DNA of 64,000 nt, from NCBI GenBank assembly GCA_963845565.1, contig CAWJSJ010000002.1:2670713-2734712 (forward strand). The letters are read 5' to 3'. The notes below the pieces were generated by a model. It worked only from the letters and a program-made list of their open reading frames with translations. It was not told the origin of the DNA and did no database searches. A program made the translations under genes and the position numbers. This stretch comes from an uncultured Methylomirabilota bacterium. Lineage in GTDB: Bacteria; Methylomirabilota; Methylomirabilia; Methylomirabilales; 2-02-FULL-66-22. Each line of letters opens with the position of its first letter. The stretch's first letter is position 1. Shown piece by piece: positions 41,058 to 50,557 of the stretch.

Positions 41058-42692
41058 TTATTTGGAGAAGACCGGATCTTCCCTGGTGATGATCTCCAGG
41101 AGCGCGGGGCGGCCACCGTCGGCGGCCTGCAGGGCGCGCTTCGTCGCGGGAATGATCTCGGCCGGCTTCTCCACCCTTTCGGCGTAGGCCCCCAGCCCCG
41201 CTGCCACCGTGGCGTAGTCGCCGGACAGGAAGCGGGTCCCGTACCGCTCCGTGGCGATGGGGATGTGCTTGTCGTAACCACCCATGCAGGAGTTGTTCAG
41301 GAGCACGGTCACGGTGCCGATCTTGTTTCGGACGGCCGTCTCCAGATCCATGCCGCACTGCCCAAAGGCGGCGTCGCCCAGCACGTGGAGGACGGTTGCG
41401 TCCGGCCTGGCCACCTTGGCCCCCAGGGCGAGGGGGAGGCTGTAGCCAAGATGGGTGGAGCGGCCCCACCCGATGTAGCTGTTGGGCGTCCGCGCCGTCC
41501 AGAAGGGGGTCATCTGATCGCGGGGGTTGCCGGCGTCGTGCGTCACGATCACGTCGCGCTGCGCCACCGCCTGCTGCAGATCCCAGACCACCCGATAGGG
41601 GTTGATGGGCACCTCGGCGGACGTGAGCCGCGGCATCCATTCGGCCAGCCACTCGGTCTTGATGGTGCGAATCTGCCGGGCGGTCCGGTCGTCGCCCTTC
41701 CGGCCGTCGGGGCCCAGGAGCCGCTTGGCTTCCTCGATCATCTGTCGGAGCGTCAGCTTGGCGTCGCCCACCAGGAGGTGCTGGGCGACGTAGTCCTTGT
41801 TCAGGTCTTTGTCGTCCACGGTGAGCTGGATACCCACCTTGCCCTTCGGGATCGGGGCCGCGAAGCTGGAGATCGAGAGGCTCGCGCCGGCGCCGAAGAC
41901 GAGATCGGCGTCGGCCAGGAACCGGGACACAGCCCGCGGCCAGGCCATCCCGCCGCTACCGATGGACAGCGGGTGATCCTCGGGGAAGGCGCTCTTTCCG
42001 GACAAGGTGGTCATGACGGGCGCCTGGAGCAGTTCGGCCAGCTCCACGAGTTCGGCGGACGCCTCGGCGTACAGGGTCCCGAGGCCCGCGTGGATGAGGG
42101 GGCACCGGGCGGCGACCATGGCGGTGACAGCGGCCGCGACATCAGCTGGCGCTGCCATGGAACGCGTCCCCCGGACAGGCTGGTAGTGGGTCGCCGCCTC
42201 GTCCGCATCGGACAGCATCACGTCCCAGGGCAACTCCAGGGCCACCGGTCCGGGTCGTCCGGTCCGCAAGTAGGTGAAGGCCCGCCGCAGGAACTCCGGG
42301 ACCCGCTCGGTGCGATTGACCCGGGCGACCCATTTGGTGATGTGCTGGAAATTGAGGACCGCGTCGAAGTTCGGCCGGACGCCCGTCCGCGTCTCCGGCG
42401 CGCCGCCCGGCAGGCAGAGGATCGGCGTGGAATCGGAGAAGGCCTGCGCGATCCCCCCGAAGGCGTTCTCGGTCCCGGGGCCGTACTGCATGGTGCAGAC
42501 GCCGATCTTCCGTCCGTTGGTCACTCGGGTATACCCGTCCGCCATGCCCACCACGGTGCGCTCGGTCCGCGCCATGATGGGACGGATGCCCAGTTCGGCG
42601 CAGGCGTCGATCACCTGGTGGATGGGAAAGCAGAAGAGGTGCTCGACCCCTTCTCGCTGCAAGATCCTCGCAACCGCCGCCGCTGCTTTCAT
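41058..42692 (-). CDS. Thiamine-pyrophosphate-dependent enzyme (acetolactate synthase-like superfamily; substrate unknown)
   Basis: RTER..VGMADGY, GPG..N, GRPGPVALELP.D, TPP motif GDAAFG...LLNN. Confidence 0.9.
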   Translation of the reverse strand: MKAAAAVARILQREGVEHLFCFPIHQVIDACAELGIRPIMARTERTVVGMADGYTRVTNGRKIGVCTMQYGPGTENAFGGIAQAFSDSTPILCLPGGAPETRTGVRPNFDAVLNFQHITKWVARVNRTERVPEFLRRAFTYLRTGRPGPVALELPWDVMLSDADEAATHYQPVRGTRSMAAPADVAAAVTAMVAARCPLIHAGLGTLYAEASAELVELAELLQAPVMTTLSGKSAFPEDHPLSIGSGGMAWPRAVSRFLADADLVFGAGASLSISSFAAPIPKGKVGIQLTVDDKDLNKDYVAQHLLVGDAKLTLRQMIEEAKRLLGPDGRKGDDRTARQIRTIKTEWLAEWMPRLTSAEVPINPYRVVWDLQQAVAQRDVIVTHDAGNPRDQMTPFWTARTPNSYIGWGRSTHLGYSLPLALGAKVARPDATVLHVLGDAAFGQCGMDLETAVRNKIGTVTVLLNNSCMGGYDKHIPIATERYGTRFLSGDYATVAAGLGAYAERVEKPAEIIPATKRALQAADGGRPALLEIITREDPVFSK

Positions 42693-42715
42693 CCGACGCC
42701 TCCCAAGATTTCCCT

Positions 42716-42763
42716 ACTCAATAACTCAACAACTCAATAACTCAACAACTCACCCACTCGGTC
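42716..42763. repeat. Octamer tandem repeat
   Basis: ACTCAATA ACTCAACA ACTCAATA ACTCAACA ACTCACCC ACTCGGTC in the gap between ftcD and the TPP gene. Confidence 0.85.
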
Positions 42764-42768
42764 CGCCG

Positions 42769-44622
42769 TCATCGCGCCGCGTCGATCATTTCGACCAGGC
42801 GGCGGTCCACGTGCTGCGTGACCTGAGCCAAGAGCGCGTGCGCGTCCTCCAGGAGCGACCCGCACGAGTTCCGCATGTCTCGCACGAAGGCGGTATCCGT
42901 GATGTCCTTCAAGTTAATGAGAACGTTCCAAATTGCCCCCCGGACCCCCGCGTAGCCTATCTGCGCGCCGACAGCTCCGTCGGTGAGAGAATTGACGTTA
43001 CCGTGCTCGACGACGGCCCAGGCGGACTGCATCGCTACGAAGCTGGCCAGCGCCGTCTGGTACGGAACGTTGACCGCCCGCTTCAACCCGAGCTGCATGC
43101 TGGCCTCGCGATGCGCCTGCTCCTCGGGGGTGTTGGCGGCGAGCCGCCGCGCTTCCATATAGGCGGTGAAGGCGTTGGTGTCTTCGTCCACTGCGAGGAT
43201 GAGCTGCTCCTTCACCCGCTGTGCGGCCTCCGCGGCTTCGAGCAGCGCCGCGGCGGTGGCGGGAGACTCGACCTTGTCCTGCCACAGGTTGGCCACCATG
43301 GACGCCAGCGCCGCGGCCAGGGCGCCTGCCAGCGCCGCCACCGATCCGCCGCCCGGCGCTGGCGTATCCCGGGAGACTTCGTCGGTGAAGTTCCGGACCG
43401 ACATCGCGGCGAGGCCGTTGGCGAACTCCCGCGGCAAGCCGATCACCTTCTTCGCGAGGTCGAAGGGCGCGATGTCCGACAGGCCCATGGAGAACGCCGC
43501 GGCCTGCAGGATGTCGGGTATCGGAACGAAGGGGGACTTGCCCTGGGCCTTGAGGTAATACCGGCCGGCCTCCAGGAGGGCAGGGTAGGGGATCAGACCC
43601 ACGACCTCGCTCCCCGTCACGACGAGCCCGCGCTGGACAGCGAGCCGTCGAGCTTCTTCCAGGACCAGGTGCGGCGGCGTGGTCTTGTAGTTGGTGAGGT
43701 TGATGGAGATCTGCGCCCGCTTGTACTCGTCCACGTACCAGCCGATCGCCTTGCAGTGGGTGAACTTCCCCGCCCGGTAGACCTTGCGCCCCTCCAACAG
43801 ATGCGACGGATCGATGTCGTTCAGGCGCAGGAGGTTCTCCAGGTCGTAGCCGTGCGCCTCGCGGCAGTGGCCGACCGTCTCGGCGAATGTCCCGCCGACG
43901 AATTCGCAGTTCCCGCACGGGTAGGCGTTCTCGCGGTAGATGAGGATCCTTCCCCGGGAATAATTGGACGATGGCGTCGCGGCACGCGCCACGCGGCCCT
44001 TCTCGCGCAGCTCGAACGCGATGTCGGTCGCCAGCGCCTTGTCGCGGGTGTTGAGCGTCACGTTGTAGGCGATCAGGAACTCGCGGGCGCCGATGACGGT
44101 GGCCCCGGCCTTCGGGTTGAACCGGGCCGGGCCGAAATCCGGCGCCCAGTCGGGGTCGCGGAGCTTTTCGGCCAGCCCTTCGTACTCGCCGCGCCGAATG
44201 CCTGCCAGATTCTTTCGCGCGGGCCGAGTCGCCGCCGCTTCGTAGAGGTACACGGGGATCTCGAGTTCGCGGCCGACCCGCTCGCCGACCGTCCGCGCGA
44301 GCGCGGCGCAGTCGTCCATCGTGAGGCCGGCGATCGGGATGAACGGGCACACGTCGGTGGCGCCCATCCGCGGGTGGGCGCCGTGGTGCTGGCCCATGTC
44401 GAGGACCTGCGCTGCCTTGGCGATCGCCTGGAATGCTCCCTCGGCCACGGCGTCTGGGTCCCCCACGAAGGTGACCACCGTGCGGTTGGTGTCCGCCCCC
44501 GGGTCCACGTCGAGCAAGCGCACACCCGGGACGGCCTCGATGGCGTCCGTGATCTGCTTGATCTTGGCTCGGTCCCGCCCTTCGGAGAAATTCGGAACGC
44601 ACTCGACGACGCGCTGATCCAT
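42769..44622 (-). CDS. ftcD: Bifunctional glutamate formiminotransferase / formiminotetrahydrofolate cyclodeaminase
   Basis: ECVPNFSEGRD, NRTVVT, HPRMGATDVCPF, GAR..LIAYN, QISINL, SEVVGL; cyclodeaminase PAPGGGSVAA...DED..AF...N...D...NVLINL. Confidence 0.95.
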   Translation of the reverse strand: MDQRVVECVPNFSEGRDRAKIKQITDAIEAVPGVRLLDVDPGADTNRTVVTFVGDPDAVAEGAFQAIAKAAQVLDMGQHHGAHPRMGATDVCPFIPIAGLTMDDCAALARTVGERVGRELEIPVYLYEAAATRPARKNLAGIRRGEYEGLAEKLRDPDWAPDFGPARFNPKAGATVIGAREFLIAYNVTLNTRDKALATDIAFELREKGRVARAATPSSNYSRGRILIYRENAYPCGNCEFVGGTFAETVGHCREAHGYDLENLLRLNDIDPSHLLEGRKVYRAGKFTHCKAIGWYVDEYKRAQISINLTNYKTTPPHLVLEEARRLAVQRGLVVTGSEVVGLIPYPALLEAGRYYLKAQGKSPFVPIPDILQAAAFSMGLSDIAPFDLAKKVIGLPREFANGLAAMSVRNFTDEVSRDTPAPGGGSVAALAGALAAALASMVANLWQDKVESPATAAALLEAAEAAQRVKEQLILAVDEDTNAFTAYMEARRLAANTPEEQAHREASMQLGLKRAVNVPYQTALASFVAMQSAWAVVEHGNVNSLTDGAVGAQIGYAGVRGAIWNVLINLKDITDTAFVRDMRNSCGSLLEDAHALLAQVTQHVDRRLVEMIDAAR

Positions 44623-44776
44623 CCTCGGACTCCCTCCGTGTCGGCAAAAGGTTTCCGCCGTGCGTGCGCGCATCCGGCGGCGTCCGGGAGCATGACGCAG
44701 AGGGTCGGAGGCTGTCAAGGGAAAGGGAAACGCCCAGCCGGATGGCATGCCTTGATAGGCAACCAACACCTATTGC

Positions 44777-45205
44777 CTAGCCGCCAACGAGCAGCATCCT
44801 GCGGAAGGCGGCGGGCGAAACGATGGGGATGTCGCGGAATTGCCCGAGGTCGAGGAGATCGCGGTCTCCGGTGACGATGCAATCGGCCTGGCCCTCGACG
44901 GCGCAGGAGAGAATGGGATTGTCCTTGGGATCGCGGAGTACGGCCGACACCGTGTGCCTTTCCGTGACGACGACGGCGCGGACGGACAGAAGATCGAGGA
45001 GGCCCTGCACGTCGTGGGGATCGAGAGAGTACCTGCGGGCAATCTTTGGAAGGTGGAGCACGCGGTCGAGCTCGGAAAGAATGGTGGGACCGATGACCAG
45101 ATCGAACCGCCGCTCGCGCCACGCGGTCAGGATTTCGGCGGGTGCCCCCGCACTGAGGATGGCGCCGCTGACGAGAACGTTGGTGTCGAGGACCGCCCTA
45201 CGCAC
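44777..45205 (-). CDS. PIN-domain toxin (PIN_3-like)
   Basis: VLDTNVLVSG, RDPKDN.IL.CA, IVTGDRDLL; GTG start overlaps the antitoxin stop. Confidence 0.9.
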   Translation of the reverse strand: MRRAVLDTNVLVSGAILSAGAPAEILTAWRERRFDLVIGPTILSELDRVLHLPKIARRYSLDPHDVQGLLDLLSVRAVVVTERHTVSAVLRDPKDNPILSCAVEGQADCIVTGDRDLLDLGQFRDIPIVSPAAFRRMLLVGG

Positions 45206-45494
45206 GCTTCCGGCTCTTGGTGCGGGGAGCGGCACGGACCTCCTCGACCGCCGCCGCAACATCGCTCTCGACCTGCTCGGGGTCCTTCTCCCGGTTCCGA
45301 TTCCGGATCCGGTCCAGGACGGCGAACGGCTCATCCCATGCCCGGGCCAATCGCTCGTACCGCTCCATGTCGATCACGGCGGCCACCGGTTTGCCCGCCT
45401 TTTCGACGATGACGGTGTCTTTCCCGAAATGAACCTGGCCGAGGATCTCCGCGAACCGGTCGCGGGCCTCCTTGGCCGACAGACGCTTGACCAC
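45198..45494 (-). CDS. Phd/YefM-family antitoxin
   Basis: LSAKEARDRFAEIL..V......IVEKAGKPVAAVI...YE. Confidence 0.9.
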   Translation of the reverse strand: MVKRLSAKEARDRFAEILGQVHFGKDTVIVEKAGKPVAAVIDMERYERLARAWDEPFAVLDRIRNRNREKDPEQVESDVAAAVEEVRAAPRTKSRKRA

Positions 45495-45520
45495 GGCGCA
45501 CCTCCCTCACGAACGATCCG

Positions 45521-45561
45521 AGGTTATGCCACGGGAGCCGGAATGTCAAGAATGTACATTC
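45521..45561 (-). promoter_or_regulatory. TA operon promoter with an adjacent palindromic operator
   Basis: Minus strand TTGACA-N17-TAACCT (45549-45521); perfect palindrome GAATGTACATTC at 45550-45561. Confidence 0.6.
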
Positions 45562-45627
45562 GCGCTTACCTGGAAAGCAGAATCGGTTCCCGATTGCGCA
45601 CGGCCATAGTTCGGTGCCCGAGCGCGC

Positions 45628-46492
45628 TCACGAGTCACGGTCACGGCCCGTCTCCACGATCCAGAGCGCCGCACCGATCAGTCCCAGGGCGAGCAGCGTG
45701 CGGGCCAGGTGCCCGCCCGATGGCAGCGATTCGAAGACGACCCACGAGACCAGGATGGCGAGTGGGACCTTGGCGTTGTTGAGGACGGCCACCGTGCCGT
45801 CGCTGGTGCGCCGCGCCCCGGCGTTCCAGAGGAAGAAGGCGACTCCGGATGGAATGAGTCCGAGGTAGAGGATGGTCGCCACCTGGCCGCCGCTGAGCCC
45901 TGCGAGGGCGCCGAGCATCCCGGTGCCCATGCCGACCGGGATGGCGGCGAGCAGGGTTCCTCCCAGGTAGAGTGCGGCGAAGATCTCGCGATCCCGGAGG
46001 TCGGAGGTCATGGGCACGAGGCGCCGATACCAGACCTGTCCGACGGCGAAACAGAGGTTGGACACCTGCACCAGGCCGACGCCGACCAGCGCTACCCCGG
46101 TGACGCTGGGAGAGACCAGCCACGCCGCCAGGACACTCAGACCGGCGGCGGTGAGGTTGCGGCGGCGAAACGTGCCGGCGATCGCATCGGCGAGCACCGC
46201 CACGTAGACGGGGGTGAAGATTGTCCAGAGCGCCACCTCGGATGCCTTCAGGTGGGCGAAGGATGCCAGGTAGGCCAGGTACATCAGCGCCGTACTGCAC
46301 CGCGCCGATGGTTACCAGGAGGGCGAGGGTGCGCCGTTCGAGGCGCCTCGGCCGAAACCAGGGGACGAAGAGGAGGGCTGACAGCACCAAGCGGAGGAGT
46401 GCCACCAGGTGCGGCGGCACCCCGGCCAGCTGGGTCTTGATGAGGCCGAAGGAGAAGGCCCAGATGAGCGAAGCGGCGAGCAGGGCCGACAT
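45628..46492 (-). CDS. EamA/DMT transporter (YigM/BioP-like); one-base frameshift near 46288
   Basis: LIWAFSFGLIK...IGAVQYG joins LMYLAYL...EVALWTIFTPVYV...FFLWNAGA...NNAKVP if one base is removed from TACGGCGCTGATG. Confidence 0.85.
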
Positions 46493-46754
46493 GATTGATC
46501 CCAGGCGACCCCACGGTCGGGGTCAGGGCGCGGTGCCGAGAGTTGCGCGAAGCAAGCCTGGCCGGATGTGAACAGGCGCGCGATTCCCCAGGCGGCTCAA
46601 AAAGGTCCAGATGCCAGGCGGCGCGACCCATCCTGTGGATGGGTGCCCGGGGCCGAGTGAGGCGTACTCCATGTACGCCGCAACGAGTGCCCGCGCACGC
46701 GGGGTACCCGTCCGGAGGATGGGTCACCGCAGATGGGCGTTTTTCAGCCGCGTG

Positions 46755-48629
46755 TTAGAACTCCCGCAGGGATTCGTGAATCCCCTTGTGAACCTCGTAC
46801 CAGAAGCCGAGCGCGGCTTCTTGCTTGTCCGTCTCGAAGCGGCCGATCCACTCGGCGAGCTCCGCGTCCGTGCTGCCGTCCACATCGCGGTGCCGCTTCA
46901 GGAAGGTGTGGACGTAGTCCGCGCTCCGCCCGGATTCCCAGAAGATGGAGGAGTTCCGGCTGTTGATCCGGCTGGCCGTTCGGGCGAGGCCCTTCAGGAA
47001 CGGCTCTTTTTGGCCATACAGGGAGCCGATCACCTCGGGCAGCATCTCCTCGGCCCAGAGGCGGTGGAACCGGCACATCCCCAGGTTGTCCATGATCAGT
47101 TCGTCCCGGAAGCGCTGGGCGTTGATGCGCCCCAGCTTCCGGGGCGGCATGAACTCGGCGCCGTAGTACATGTAGTACTTTCCCATGATGGCCATGGGAG
47201 AGAGGGCGCCCGGCGTCCAGTATTGATTCGGCACCATCCAGCCCTTGCGGGCGTACGCCAGGTACACGAAGGGGTCCAGGATCGCCTTGCCCTTCTCCCG
47301 TGCCAAGCGCCGCGCCAGCCGCCGGGCGCCGTCCTCCAAGTTGAGGACGCCGCGCTTGGCGACGATGGCGTCGAGGAGCTCGACGCCGAGCTCGGCATTT
47401 CCCAGCGAATCGGTCTCGAGGCTGAAACCTCGGGGGGAGAAGGCGGGCTGGCGCGTCACCCCCAGCTCGTTCGGGGTGAGTAGCCCCTTGGCGAGACACT
47501 CCATCAGCCAGGACAGGACGCCGCCCACCGAGATGGCGTCGAAGCCGTACGTGTCGGCGTGATGGTTCAAGCGCTCGGCGCCGCGCTGGTCGAAGATGCC
47601 GCAGAGCGGTCCCATGGTCTGGTAGGGCTCGTAGTCCTTCTTGAATTCGTCCCGCATCTTCTTGCACACGGCGGAGCAGGGCTCGCCGCAGGTATGCTGC
47701 TGCTTGGTCTGGATGGTCTCCTCGTTGAACTGGCGGAGGTAGTGATTGAGGATGAATTTCTCGTGGATCTCTTTCCGCTCGCCCTCCTCGAGGTAGATGG
47801 TGGAGTAGTTGAACGCCAGCAAGCGTCCGCCGATGGTGGCGTAGTTGACGCCGAAGGTGCCGCCGGTGTCGAACTTCGGGTCATACCGGTACTTGACGGT
47901 GGACTCGAGGTCCTTGGCGCTCAGTTTCTTCTGGTATTTGTCCTGGAACCACTGGTCGGCGACGCTGCGGTCACGGAAGTCCTCGTCGGCGAAGGTTCCG
48001 CCGTAGATCACGGCGGCGATCCCGTGCTGCTGCAGCATCTTGCTGCCCAGGCCGCCGCGGCCGGCCCAGGTGTCCACGTGGGAGAGCGTGCCGCGGGACA
48101 TCGGGACCGAGCCGATGGCCCCGAAGTCGGTGGCCGCCGCAGCGGGCCCCACCGCCAGCACACGCGGGTCGGTCGTGTAGGCGCCGCCGCACTGCTCGAC
48201 GGCGTGATCCATCAGGGCGTAGACGCCGCCCCGGCCGCCTCCCCAGATGCGCGGGAGATCCAGCGGGACGAGCTTCACGTCGATCTCCTCGCCGTGCGTC
48301 CGGTTGAGGTAGAGCAGCGACGGTGTCGGCGCCCGGCCAACGAGAGACACCATGTTGATGCCGAGATTGTCGAAGATCAGGCCGGCGCCCCCCATGGAGG
48401 AGACGAAGAACCCGCCCCAGCACGGGGAGAAGCCCGTGAAGATCAGCCGGTTCGAGCCCGGAAAGATGGAGCCGGCCAGGAGCCCGACGCCGATGTTCAG
48501 GCTGTTGTGCCGCCCGGCCAGGTACAGTCCCAGATCCACTGGGCCGAAGAAATCCCCCACCGGGAAGCGGGTGACCCGGTAATACCCGGTCGCCGCATCC
48601 ACGAATAGCACCTTCTGATGTGCGTCCAC
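46755..48629 (-). CDS. Tungsten/molybdopterin aldehyde:ferredoxin oxidoreductase family enzyme, GAPOR-like
   Basis: G.LAGSIFPGSNRL, SSMGG, VGPAA, AGRGGLGS, KYRYDPKFDTGGTFG, CGEPCSAVCKK, YEP, GFDAIS.G, DNLGMCRF. Confidence 0.85.
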   Translation of the reverse strand: MDAHQKVLFVDAATGYYRVTRFPVGDFFGPVDLGLYLAGRHNSLNIGVGLLAGSIFPGSNRLIFTGFSPCWGGFFVSSMGGAGLIFDNLGINMVSLVGRAPTPSLLYLNRTHGEEIDVKLVPLDLPRIWGGGRGGVYALMDHAVEQCGGAYTTDPRVLAVGPAAAATDFGAIGSVPMSRGTLSHVDTWAGRGGLGSKMLQQHGIAAVIYGGTFADEDFRDRSVADQWFQDKYQKKLSAKDLESTVKYRYDPKFDTGGTFGVNYATIGGRLLAFNYSTIYLEEGERKEIHEKFILNHYLRQFNEETIQTKQQHTCGEPCSAVCKKMRDEFKKDYEPYQTMGPLCGIFDQRGAERLNHHADTYGFDAISVGGVLSWLMECLAKGLLTPNELGVTRQPAFSPRGFSLETDSLGNAELGVELLDAIVAKRGVLNLEDGARRLARRLAREKGKAILDPFVYLAYARKGWMVPNQYWTPGALSPMAIMGKYYMYYGAEFMPPRKLGRINAQRFRDELIMDNLGMCRFHRLWAEEMLPEVIGSLYGQKEPFLKGLARTASRINSRNSSIFWESGRSADYVHTFLKRHRDVDGSTDAELAEWIGRFETDKQEAALGFWYEVHKGIHESLREF

Positions 48630-48773
48630 GACGTTCCCCTTTCTGTGTTGCGGGCGTTTTCTCCTGCACAGCATACCACGGTAACCCGCCGCCCGCGGTG
48701 GGCGAAAGCGCGCCGGGGGTCTCTGGGGGGAATGCACGCGCGGCGTCCGGGCGCGATGCCGTGCCGGTTCGAC

Positions 48774-49571
48774 CTACTCCCCGTCTTTGTACTGGGTGGC
48801 CTTGATGGCCTCTTCGCGGATCAGGTCGAGGGCACGCTTCTTGAGGTGCAGGAACGTCTCCGAGGATTTCATCTCGTACCGGCGGGGCCGTTCCAGCGGG
48901 ACATCGATCTCGGCCTTGATCCGCCCGGGCCGGGCGGTCATGACGAAGACGCGGTCGGAGAGGAAGATCGCCTCCTCGACGTCGTGGGTGACGAAGAGGA
49001 TCGTCTGGTGGAACTCTTCCCAGATCTGGGTGAGCAGTTCCTGCATCAGCGCGCGGGTCTGCGCGTCGAGCGCCCCGAAGGGTTCGTCGAGGAGGAGGAC
49101 GTCGGGGTTGTTGGCGAGGGCCCGCGCGATGGCCACCCGCTGCTTCATCCCGCCCGAGAGCGCCTTGGGGTAGGCGTGCTCGAAGCCCCGGAGCCCAACC
49201 TTGGCCACGAACTGCTGAGCGATGGTCTCCTGTTCGTCCTTGGCCAAGCCGGTAACTTGCAGGCCGAATTGGATGTTCTGGCGGACCGTGAGCCAGGGGA
49301 AGAGGGTATAGCTCTGGAAGACCATCCCCCGGTCCCGGCCCGGCCCGGTGATGGCGTGGCCATCCCGGTGGACCTGACCCGCGGTGGGACGCACCAGTCC
49401 CGCCACGATGCGGAGCAGCGTGGTCTTGCCGCACCCCGAGGGGCCCAGGATGGTGGCAAACTCCTTGTTCCGGATCGTGAGCGAGACATCGTCGATGGCC
49501 GTGACCTCGTGGCCCCCGGACCGATAGTGCTGGCTGACGTGCCGGATGTCGAGCTTGATCGGTGCGTCCAT
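48774..49571 (-). CDS. ABC transporter ATPase (SsuB/TauB/NrtD-like)
   Basis: GPSGCGKT, VFQSYTLFPW, LSGGMKQR, LLDEPFGALD, VTHDVEEA. Confidence 0.95.
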   Translation of the reverse strand: MDAPIKLDIRHVSQHYRSGGHEVTAIDDVSLTIRNKEFATILGPSGCGKTTLLRIVAGLVRPTAGQVHRDGHAITGPGRDRGMVFQSYTLFPWLTVRQNIQFGLQVTGLAKDEQETIAQQFVAKVGLRGFEHAYPKALSGGMKQRVAIARALANNPDVLLLDEPFGALDAQTRALMQELLTQIWEEFHQTILFVTHDVEEAIFLSDRVFVMTARPGRIKAEIDVPLERPRRYEMKSSETFLHLKKRALDLIREEAIKATQYKDGE

Positions 49572-49620
49572 CTTCAATCCAAATCGCCGGGTCGCCAAAT
49601 TGCCGGCCTGCCCAACGCGC

Positions 49621-50448
49621 CTACGCCGACCACGGGAAGAGCCATCGGTGGAGCCACTTGAACCCATAATCGGTCACGATCCCCAGGAACCCGATGGCCA
49701 GGATGCCGAAGATGATGGCGCCAGTCTGGAGCATCCGTTGGGCGTTGATGATCATGTAGCCGATACCCGACTCGGCTGCGACCAGCTCGGCCACGATGAT
49801 GTACGTCCACGCCCACCCCACGATGATCCGCAGGGTGTCCAGGATGCCGGGCAGGCTGGCGGGGAGCAGGACCCGCCGGATGACCTGGAGGCGCCCGGCG
49901 CCCAGGGTATAGGCGGTCTCCAGCATTTCCTTGGGCACGCTGGACGCCACCACCGCGATCATCAGGATCAACTGGAAGAAACTGCCGACGAAAATGATGG
50001 CGATCTTCTCAAGATCGCCGATCCCCACCCAGAGAATGAACAGCGGGATGAACGCCGAGGCCGGCATGTACCGGATGAATCCCACCAGCGGCTCGATCAG
50101 GGCCTCGACGGCCTTGAAGGTTCCCATCAACAGGCCGAGCGGGACCCCGATGACGGCAGCGGCCAGGAAGCCGGCCATCACCCGGTAGGTACTCATCAGG
50201 ATGTCGGTGGCGAATCCAAATTGGGTGAACTGCTGGATGCCCGCCAGCAGGACGCGGTGCGGCGTGGGCAAGAAGAGGGCGGTGACGAACCCCCCATAGG
50301 TCAGCGCGGACCAGACGAGCAGGACGCCGGCGAACCCCACCACGCCCAGGCCGACGTACACGCCGGCCGGAATGGGTTCGCGCGGGCTCAGATAGTCCGT
50401 CACGCGCCGCCGGACACCGGATGCGGAGGGAGGAGGCATGGTAGTCAT
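49621..50448 (-). CDS. ABC transporter permease (SsuC/TauC-like)
   Basis: FLPTP, RYMPASAFIPLFILW.G, ETAYTLGA, AELVAAESGIG. Confidence 0.93.
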   Translation of the reverse strand: MTTMPPPSASGVRRRVTDYLSPREPIPAGVYVGLGVVGFAGVLLVWSALTYGGFVTALFLPTPHRVLLAGIQQFTQFGFATDILMSTYRVMAGFLAAAVIGVPLGLLMGTFKAVEALIEPLVGFIRYMPASAFIPLFILWVGIGDLEKIAIIFVGSFFQLILMIAVVASSVPKEMLETAYTLGAGRLQVIRRVLLPASLPGILDTLRIIVGWAWTYIIVAELVAAESGIGYMIINAQRMLQTGAIIFGILAIGFLGIVTDYGFKWLHRWLFPWSA

Positions 50449-50557
50449 CAACCGTACCAGAAAGACGCCAAGGCACCAAGGAGCCGTCCCGGCACATCCG
50501 GGGAGCCCCTCGATGCCTTGGCGGTGACGTCCTGCACGCGCGGCGCGTGGGTCGGCG

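Noticed and set aside
1631..44874. Very long antisense ORFs (e.g. 1631-3379, 22984-24864, 24740-26752, 38359-41049, 42274-44874)
   Set aside because: These are shadow frames of well-supported genes, expected from high GC3 codon bias, and have no recognisable motifs.
50460..50525. Imperfect inverted repeat CGCCAAGGCA...TGCCTTGGCG between the binding protein and permease genes
   Set aside because: Single clear copy in this window; probably an ordinary mRNA-stabilising hairpin after a binding-protein gene.
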